Part shown: positions 24,941 through 33,968 of the stretch, one piece after another | Layout: every line of letters begins with the position of its first letter | Position numbering within the stretch: position 1 is the first letter of the stretch | Assembly (NCBI GenBank): GCA_963802515.1 | Contig: CAWDIX010000003.1 | Coordinates: 345,018-409,017, forward strand | DNA: 64,000 nucleotides | Source: an uncultured Verrucomicrobiae bacterium | GTDB taxonomy: Bacteria > Verrucomicrobiota > Verrucomicrobiia > Limisphaerales > UBA11358 | Reading direction: 5' to 3' | Made by a program: the position numbers and the translations under genes | Notes under the pieces: model-generated | Seen by the model: only the letters and a program-made list of their open reading frames with translations | The model's database searches: none | What the model was told of the DNA's origin: nothing

Positions 24941-25097
24941 GACTCGCATTTGCCTGACTCAATGAACCTTTCGTATATTCGGTGTATTTCGCGGTTAAAG
25001 CGGGTCGATTCCAGGCCAAGCTTGTATTCCTGCGCGCATTCTGAATAATTGCCGCTCACAACCGGGCGCTTTTCATTGAAGGCCTGAAAAACAGCGA

Positions 25098-25823
25098 ATG
25101 AGCGAAATCAAGACCAACGCCGACGTCGAGCCGTGTCTCTCAGCCGTCATGCCGGTTTACAACGAGGCCGGGACAGTGTCTGAAGTCATCAAAACGGTGC
25201 TGGCGCAACGGCCCGTGTCGCAACTGGTCATTGTGGATGACGCCTCCACGGACGGCACGTGGGAAAAATTGCAATTGGCGGCCAAAGGCGATGCACGCGT
25301 GACGTTGGTGCGGCACACGCAGAATCAAGGCAAAGGCGCGGCGTTGCGGACCGGATTCACCCATGCGACGGCGCCGGTGGTCATAATTCAAGACGCCGAT
25401 CTGGAGTATGACCCGGCAGAGTATCACAAGCTGTTGGTCCCCATTCTGGCAGGGAAGGCGGACGTGGTTTTCGGGTCGCGGTTCACCGGTTCGGATGCGC
25501 ATCGCGTTCTGTATTATTGGCACTCGGTAGGCAACCGTTTCCTGACGATGCTCTCAAACATGGCCACGGATTTGAACCTGACCGACATGGAAACCTGCTA
25601 CAAGGCCTTCCAGCGGGGAATTATTCAGCAAATTAAAATCCGGGAAGACCGGTTCGGCTTCGAACCGGAAATAACCGCCAAGGTGGCGCGTCTGAAGGTG
25701 CGCATTTACGAAGTGGCCATTTCGTATCACGGGCGCACCTATGCCGAAGGGAAGAAGATCGGCTGGCGCGATGGTTTCCATGCCCTGTGGTGTATTTTCA
25801 ACTACAATTTCCTGTCGCGCTGA
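25098..25823 (+). CDS. family 2 glycosyltransferase (polyprenol-phosphate glycosyltransferase-like)
   Basis: SAVMPVYNEA, VIVDDASTDGT and IIQDADLEYDP motifs. Confidence 0.85.
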   Translation: MSEIKTNADVEPCLSAVMPVYNEAGTVSEVIKTVLAQRPVSQLVIVDDASTDGTWEKLQLAAKGDARVTLVRHTQNQGKGAALRTGFTHATAPVVIIQDADLEYDPAEYHKLLVPILAGKADVVFGSRFTGSDAHRVLYYWHSVGNRFLTMLSNMATDLNLTDMETCYKAFQRGIIQQIKIREDRFGFEPEITAKVARLKVRIYEVAISYHGRTYAEGKKIGWRDGFHALWCIFNYNFLSR

Positions 25824-25828
25824 AAGAC

Positions 25829-26371
25829 ATGCCTCAACCCAAGCGCCCAACCCCAACCCCGCCCGTCAAGCCGCGCCCGGAATGGACTGTGATTCTGGTC
25901 ACGCTGTTGATGGGGGTCATGGCCATCTGGCTCGCGTGGCCGCAGGTTTTCCCCGGACCCGACCAGGCCGATCAGATGACGCTGCCAAACCTGAACCGGC
26001 GCGCGTCGCAGTTGGAGCAAATAACGAACCTGGTGCAAAGGGATTCCATGTGTATCCCCCTGTCCGCGTACGGACGGGCGCTGGATGGCGCGCTGGCGCC
26101 GGATGCGCGGGTCTTTTTATCGGGGATGATCGGCAAGGACAATGGGCCGCGCGGCGGTTATTATTTCTTTTTGAGAAATTATCTCTTCCCGCGCACGGTG
26201 GAAATTTCGCTGGACGGTAAAGCGGTCTATCACGAAGGCTGGTTCGAGGGGGTTCCGTGTGATTCGCCCGCCGAACTCCGGACGAACGGTTTTGATCTCC
26301 TGCTGTTGATGCCCACCAACAGCAATAACATCGAAATCATTCCCCTCACCCAAAAAGGAGTCCCGAAATGA
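25829..26371 (+). CDS. hypothetical membrane-anchored protein
   Basis: One TM segment (WTVILVTLLMGVMAIWLAW). ATG at 25829, 5 nt after the GT2 stop. The longest ORF starts at 25787. Stop overlaps the next start (ATGA). Confidence 0.55.
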   Translation: MPQPKRPTPTPPVKPRPEWTVILVTLLMGVMAIWLAWPQVFPGPDQADQMTLPNLNRRASQLEQITNLVQRDSMCIPLSAYGRALDGALAPDARVFLSGMIGKDNGPRGGYYFFLRNYLFPRTVEISLDGKAVYHEGWFEGVPCDSPAELRTNGFDLLLLMPTNSNNIEIIPLTQKGVPK

Positions 26372-27915
26372 AAGAGTGGCTTGCGTTCCTTTTGCCTCCA
26401 GCCGTGGCGTTTGCCGGAATGCGGATAAGCCGCCTCCTGCTCGGCCAAAAATTCGATGACCGGTTCGGTTTTGGATTTCAATTCGCTTTGGGATTCGGCA
26501 TGGGAATGGTGGTGTTTTCGCAAGCGGTCCTGCTGGCCGCCCTGGCGGGAATCAACTTGAGCGGGGTGCTCGCCTGGGGTGCGTTGATCTGGGGTGTCGC
26601 GGAGATCGCGTTACGGTCGCCGAAATGGGCAGCGGGCTTGAAGCGGACAAAATTTCAACCCGGGCAGTTGTGGCTGTTGCTGCTGCTGCCGGTAATTTAT
26701 TCGTGGGGGGTTTTCGGCCGACTTTCCACGCTGGAGGGAACGCTCGAATTCGATGCCAATGCCTTCTGGGTTATCAAGGCGAAGATTCTTTATCTGGAGC
26801 AGGGTAAAGATCTGGTGAATGTTTTGCACCAATCCAACCTCGGTTACGCCCATCTGGATTACCCGATGCTCGTGCCGTGTCTCTACACGCTCGGCTATGG
26901 CGTGGTGGGCGGCGTGGATGAGTTCGTCAACAAAGTCTGGCCGTTCTGGATGGTGGTGGCGTTGTCCCTGGCAATGCTCTCGTTGGGAAAGGTCTGGAAA
27001 CGCCCGCATCCGCTGCCGGTCCTCACGGTGGTGGCTTTCTGCTTTTTGCCGGCAAGCCAGCAATTCATCCGGCAGGAAGGAGGGACCATACCCATGGTCT
27101 TCTTCATCAGCCTGACGACTCTCCTGATTGTGAAGGCGATTTCATGCGCGGACGAATTCTATCTTGCCGCCGCCATCCTCGCCGGAGCCGGTTGCGCCGC
27201 AACCAAATTTGAAGGCGTCGTTTACACGGCGCTCTGGTTTTGCGCGCTGCTGCCGCTTTGCTGGTGGCGCGGCTGGTTGAAGCAACCCGGCCTTTGGAGA
27301 AGCGTCCTGGTTGCCGTCATTTGTTTGCTTCCGTATGCATGGTACCGGCTCGATAAGCCGGTTCTGCATCCCGAATCCGGCTGGTGGCAGTCAGGGATTG
27401 CGGCCCCCGCCCTGACGTTACACCGCTTTCCGCAAGCCTGGTTTCTTAACGTCTTTGGCCGTTTTTTCAACGGCGATTTTTTTCACTGGCAGTCGGTGAA
27501 CGGTGATCACCTGCAATGGGCCGGAAAGTGGGCCGGACCCGCCAGCTTCGTGAACGAACAACTCGCCGTCCTGCCGTGGCTCTTGCTGGTATTGCTCGGG
27601 CTTGCCCTCTGGAAAGGGCGTGGCCGGCTGGCGCTGGGCGGCCTCACCCTTGTGATGTTGCTTGTTTTCACGGTTCTTTCGCTGGTCATCGCCTGTCTCC
27701 CGAACATGCAAAGCGATCTGTTGAACCTGATTGGTTTCAGCACCGCCAACCAGGTGGGGCGCTATTATTATCCGTTTTTTGCCGCCTGGTTTTTGTCCGT
27801 CGCCACAATCTGGTTCGACCGCCTTCCGCCCTTGCCACCACCGGCTGGCCTGCCCGACACGCCGCGCGCCGGCGCTTCGCCGAAGCCGGCAACGCCTTCC
27901 AAAAAGCAACGATGA
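26368..27915 (+). CDS. polytopic membrane protein, possible GT-C-type glycosyltransferase
   Basis: 515 aa with at least 10 hydrophobic segments. Translationally coupled downstream of a GT2 gene. No motif identified with certainty. Confidence 0.5.
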   Translation: MKEWLAFLLPPAVAFAGMRISRLLLGQKFDDRFGFGFQFALGFGMGMVVFSQAVLLAALAGINLSGVLAWGALIWGVAEIALRSPKWAAGLKRTKFQPGQLWLLLLLPVIYSWGVFGRLSTLEGTLEFDANAFWVIKAKILYLEQGKDLVNVLHQSNLGYAHLDYPMLVPCLYTLGYGVVGGVDEFVNKVWPFWMVVALSLAMLSLGKVWKRPHPLPVLTVVAFCFLPASQQFIRQEGGTIPMVFFISLTTLLIVKAISCADEFYLAAAILAGAGCAATKFEGVVYTALWFCALLPLCWWRGWLKQPGLWRSVLVAVICLLPYAWYRLDKPVLHPESGWWQSGIAAPALTLHRFPQAWFLNVFGRFFNGDFFHWQSVNGDHLQWAGKWAGPASFVNEQLAVLPWLLLVLLGLALWKGRGRLALGGLTLVMLLVFTVLSLVIACLPNMQSDLLNLIGFSTANQVGRYYYPFFAAWFLSVATIWFDRLPPLPPPAGLPDTPRAGASPKPATPSKKQR

Positions 27916-27950
27916 CTTGCCTTTTACGGCTTTTCCCATAAACTAGGGGT

Positions 27951-28403
27951 ATGAAGAACGAAGTGACGCCCGTTCAGATTCGCGGCATTTTGCCCGCCAA
28001 CAGCGGGTGCGCGCTGTTTATCGGCAACGACCAGAAGGTTTTTGTCATCAACGTCGAGCCGCAAATGGGCGCCATCATCGGCATGTTCCTCCGCCAGACG
28101 CCCAAGGAACGCCCGCTGACCCATGACCTCATGAACCGCATTTTCCAGGGCTTCGGCATCAGTGTCGAACGCGTCGTAATCACGGACCTGAAGAATTCCA
28201 CGTATTTCGCCCGGCTGATTTTGCAGCAGCAAAACGAAGTCGCCCGCAAAATTGTCGAACTCGATGCGCGCCCCAGTGATTGCCTGGCCATTGCCGCGGC
28301 GCAGAAAAAGCCGATCTTTGTCACCAGCGCGCTATTCGAACAAGTCGAGGACATGAGCGAAGTGCTCAACCGGATTAACGAAACCGGCAGCGAGGCCGAA
28401 TAA
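27951..28403 (+). CDS. bifunctional nuclease (BFN/DUF151) family protein
   Basis: VFVINVEPQMGAIIGMFLRQTPKERPLTHDLM...YFARLIL...ELDARPSDCLAIA. Confidence 0.8.
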   Translation: MKNEVTPVQIRGILPANSGCALFIGNDQKVFVINVEPQMGAIIGMFLRQTPKERPLTHDLMNRIFQGFGISVERVVITDLKNSTYFARLILQQQNEVARKIVELDARPSDCLAIAAAQKKPIFVTSALFEQVEDMSEVLNRINETGSEAE

Positions 28404-28404
28404 A

Positions 28405-29535
28405 ATGCCAGCGGCCCGGACCTCACCCCTCGCCCTAATCTGCGGCGAAGACGAATTTGCCGTCAAGCAACGCGCCAAACAACTCCACCAACAATGGTGC
28501 AGCGACATTGGCGGCATGGATCACGAAATCATTGAGGCCACGGTTTCCAACAGCGGCGAGGCGCTGGCTGCGATTGCCCGCTTGCGCGAGGCCCTGCAAA
28601 CGCTCCCGTTCTTCGGCGCCGGCAAGGTCATCTGGCTGCGGGATTGCAATTTTCTCGGCGACGAGCGCGCCGCCTCCGCCCAGGCCGTCACCGAAACCCT
28701 CGCCGGGCTGGCGGAAGAGTTGAAGGGTTTTTCGTGGCAGGGGGTGCGGCTGCTCATCAGCGCCGGCAAAGTGGATAAGCGCAAAACATTCTTCAAAACA
28801 CTCGACAAAATCGGACTGGTCGAGGCCCTGTCCGGCTGGTCGACGGACGACAAGGACTGGGCGAACCGCGCGGAAATCGAGGCCCGATCAGCCATCCACT
28901 CGCGGCAAAAGGAAATTGACGAAGAGGCGCTGGCCGAACTGGTGAATCGCATCGGCCCCCACCCGCGACTGCTTGACGGCGAAATTGAAAAGTTGTGCCT
29001 GTTCGTCGGCCAGCGGAAACAGATCGAAGCCGGCGATGTCGCTGCGGTCTGCACGCGGAACAAGACGGCCCGCGCCTTCGCGCTTGGGGACGCGCTCGGG
29101 GACCGCGATTTACCCCGCCTGCTGCGGCGGCTGGACGAGGAACTCTGGGAAATGAAATTCAACTCACAGAAATCCGAAATCGGCCTGCTTTACGGCCTGA
29201 TTTCAAAAATCCGCGCGATGCTGCTGTTGAAGGAAATGTTGCGCGAAGGCTGGATCAAACCGGAGATGGATTACAACCGGTTTAAGGCGCAACTGGAGCG
29301 CGTGCCCGCGGAACAATTGCCGGCGGACCGCCGGTTCAATCCGCTCGCGTTGAACCCGTATGTGCTTTACAAGGCGCTGCCGCATGCCAAAAAATACAGC
29401 CAGGATGAATTGGTCCGCGCCATGGATTTGCTGCTGCGTTGCAACCAACGGCTGGTGTCCAGCGGGTTGGATGAGGCGCTGGTCCTGCAATACGCGCTGG
29501 TGCAAATCGTCGCACCGCAGGCGGCTGCGGCCTGA
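28405..29535 (+). CDS. holA: DNA polymerase III subunit delta
   Basis: 376 aa. N-terminus LALICGEDEFAVKQRAKQL, with a delta-subunit-like helical C-terminal half. Confidence 0.75.
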   Translation: MPAARTSPLALICGEDEFAVKQRAKQLHQQWCSDIGGMDHEIIEATVSNSGEALAAIARLREALQTLPFFGAGKVIWLRDCNFLGDERAASAQAVTETLAGLAEELKGFSWQGVRLLISAGKVDKRKTFFKTLDKIGLVEALSGWSTDDKDWANRAEIEARSAIHSRQKEIDEEALAELVNRIGPHPRLLDGEIEKLCLFVGQRKQIEAGDVAAVCTRNKTARAFALGDALGDRDLPRLLRRLDEELWEMKFNSQKSEIGLLYGLISKIRAMLLLKEMLREGWIKPEMDYNRFKAQLERVPAEQLPADRRFNPLALNPYVLYKALPHAKKYSQDELVRAMDLLLRCNQRLVSSGLDEALVLQYALVQIVAPQAAAA

Positions 29536-29558
29536 GGGCGCAAACAATCGCTAAGAAA

Positions 29559-30080
29559 ATGTCAACGCCACCGGGAAAGCTGTCCGTGCTGGTCTGCAAA
29601 AGTTTCGCCTGCGTTAAAATCGCCGGACGCGCCAATTACGTCTCCAGCCCCGATTTCAAAACGCTGTTGAACGAGTTGTCGGCCAAAGGCTATCGGCGCT
29701 TTATCATTGATTTGTCGGAATGCGTGCTCATGGACAGCACGTTTCTGGGCGTACTGGCCGGATTTGGATTGAAACTGCAGCCGGGCGGCTCTGACCAGCA
29801 GGGAATTGAACTGCGCAATGCCAACACACGTGTGGCCGATTTGCTGGAAAATCTTGGCGTGGCGCGCCTGTTCAAAATGACGGGTGGTGTATTGCAGTTG
29901 CCCGGCGATGTCAAAAACGGCACGCCGGAGCCGGCCAACCCGACGTATGCGGAAATCACCCGCACCTGCCTTGAAGCGCACCAAACCCTGATGACGATGA
30001 ATCCGGAAAACGCAGCCCGGTTCAAGGACGTAGCCCAATTTTTGGCCGAAGATCTGAAGACCCTGGAAAAGAGGGAATGA
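29559..30080 (+). CDS. STAS-domain protein (anti-sigma-factor antagonist-like)
   Basis: FIIDLSECVLMDSTFLGVLAGFG and ADLLENLGVARLF. Confidence 0.7.
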   Translation: MSTPPGKLSVLVCKSFACVKIAGRANYVSSPDFKTLLNELSAKGYRRFIIDLSECVLMDSTFLGVLAGFGLKLQPGGSDQQGIELRNANTRVADLLENLGVARLFKMTGGVLQLPGDVKNGTPEPANPTYAEITRTCLEAHQTLMTMNPENAARFKDVAQFLAEDLKTLEKRE

Positions 30081-30171
30081 ATCGGGTGTTCGCTTTGCGA
30101 TTGACTCACCACCCCGCCACCACTGCCTGCATAAAATGACGCGGTCTGCCAGCCGCCCCCGAAGTTGAGAT

Positions 30172-30295
30172 GGGGAGCGCACGCGCCTCGCGTGCCGTTT
30201 TCCGCGCTCTCGCGGAAAACCTCAAGTGCATAAAAATTGCGGGTGTTCCGGCTGGCGAGGCGCGTCCAGCCACACCCGAGGCGGGTGTGCTCCCC
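30172..30295. repeat. 124-bp MITE-like element with 11-bp terminal inverted repeats
   Basis: Begins ggggagcgcac and ends gtgtgctcccc. Internal hairpins gcgcctcgcgtgc and ccgcgctctcgcgg. Confidence 0.55.
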
Positions 30296-30312
30296 CAAAC
30301 TCGGTTTTCGGG

Positions 30313-32346
<2,034 letters not shown>

Positions 32347-32414
32347 TTTCGCACGTAAAACTAACACGGCCTTCCGCCTTCCGCAATGCGCTAATTTAGC
32401 CTATATTCCAGCCC

Positions 32415-33563
32415 ATGCGCATCGGTTCCCTGACCCTGCCATCCAACCTGTTTCTCTCGCCGCTGGCGGGTTACACCAACCTGCCCTTCCGGCTTGTGGT
32501 TCGCGAAATCGGCGGCGTCGGCCTTTGCACCACCGACCTGGTCAACGCCCGCTCGCTGCTGGAAAAAAACAAAAAGGCATTCAAGCTCATCGAGACCCGC
32601 CCCGCCGATTCACCCCTCGCCGTCCAGCTCTTCGGCTCCGTGCCCGAGGAAATGCGCGACGCCGCAGCTTATCTCGAATCCATCGGCATCGCGTCCGTGG
32701 ACATCAACATGGGCTGTCCCGTTCGCAAGGTCTGCGGCATCGGCGGCGGCTCGGCGATGATGACCGAACTCAACAGGACTGCCGCGCTCGTCAAAGGCAT
32801 GGTCGCCGCCGTGAAAATTCCGGTGACGGCAAAGATGCGGCTGGGCTGGGACGACGAGAATCTGACAGCGCCTGATTTGGCGCGCGCGTTGGAAGACGCC
32901 GGCGTCGCCGCGATATTTGTTCATGGCCGTACGCGCGAACAGGGTTTCGGCGGCACAGTCAACCTGGCGGGCATCCGGGCCGTGGTCCAGGCCGTGCAGA
33001 ACATTCCGGTCGTGGGTAATGGCGACATCATCACGCCGCAAGCCGCGAAAAAGATGTTTGACGAGACCGGCTGCGCGGGCGTGAGCATCGGCCGCGGCGC
33101 GTTTTACAATCCGTGGATATTCCGGCACACGCTGAACTATGGTTGCGGCCGGGCTGGGGCCGAATCGAATCGAGCCACAGGCTTGACACTACAACCCCTT
33201 CCCGAACCCGCCTTCGCCGAGCGTGTCCGGGTGATGTGCCGGCATCTGGATTTGATGATTGAAGTTTTCGGCGAAGAACTCGGCTGCCGGATGTTTCGCA
33301 AAGTGGCGCCATGGTATGCCAAACGCTTCGGCCCGTGCCACGAATTCAACAAACATGCCGTGCAGATTTCCACACGCGCCGAATTCCACGGCGTGCTGGG
33401 AAATTATATCAAATGGCGGCAGCAATTTCTCGACGAGAGCGGCGAATTGCAGCCGCGTTTCCGTCCGCCGCCGATGGTCGCGTCCTTCATGCGCGAATCA
33501 GCACCCGCCTCAACTCAACGCGCGCAAATACCCGTGCCGAAGGGGCCGGTGGAGGTGTGGTGA
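32415..33563 (+). CDS. dusB: tRNA-dihydrouridine synthase
   Basis: LSPLAGYTNLPFR, DINMGCP, KMRLGWD, IPVVGNGDI and GRGAFYNPWIF. Confidence 0.9.
   Translation: MRIGSLTLPSNLFLSPLAGYTNLPFRLVVREIGGVGLCTTDLVNARSLLEKNKKAFKLIETRPADSPLAVQLFGSVPEEMRDAAAYLESIGIASVDINMGCPVRKVCGIGGGSAMMTELNRTAALVKGMVAAVKIPVTAKMRLGWDDENLTAPDLARALEDAGVAAIFVHGRTREQGFGGTVNLAGIRAVVQAVQNIPVVGNGDIITPQAAKKMFDETGCAGVSIGRGAFYNPWIFRHTLNYGCGRAGAESNRATGLTLQPLPEPAFAERVRVMCRHLDLMIEVFGEELGCRMFRKVAPWYAKRFGPCHEFNKHAVQISTRAEFHGVLGNYIKWRQQFLDESGELQPRFRPPPMVASFMRESAPASTQRAQIPVPKGPVEVW
33141..33196. repeat. dispersed-element copy inside dusB
   Basis: The core aatcgagccacaggcttgacactacaacc matches the intergenic copy 44988-45016 at 25 of 29 positions. 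Confidence 0.55.
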
Positions 33564-33806
33564 GGGCGCATATCAAAATTTGAGGGAGTGTCCGTGGTAG
33601 AAAACTCTCGAATTGACGGCCATTTCATTAACACCCTGCTTTAGCGGGGTGATCCAAGCGGTTTGAAGGTCAGAACCGCTTTAGCGGTTTTGGCGCGCTG
33701 ACAAACCGCTAAAACGGTTGAAAAGACCGGGCATCGCTAAGCACCCCGCTAAAGCAGGGTGTCAATGAGACCCGGCGGCAAAGTGCTCATTTTTTGATAT
33801 GCGCCC
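33564..33806. repeat. 243-bp nested palindromic element
   Basis: Outer inverted repeat gggcgcatatcaaaa (33564-33578) / ttttgatatgcgccc (33792-33806). Inner perfect 21-bp inverted repeat 33631-33651 / 33742-33762. Further hairpins aaccgctttagcggtt. Confidence 0.85.
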
Positions 33807-33879
33807 GTGTGGTGATCTTCCACCGTCGTTTTGTTGACAAACGGACGGCTTGTGACGATGATTTATGCCCTTAATTTGT

Positions 33880-33955
<76 letters not shown>

Positions 33956-33968
33956 TTTTCCCAGCCCG

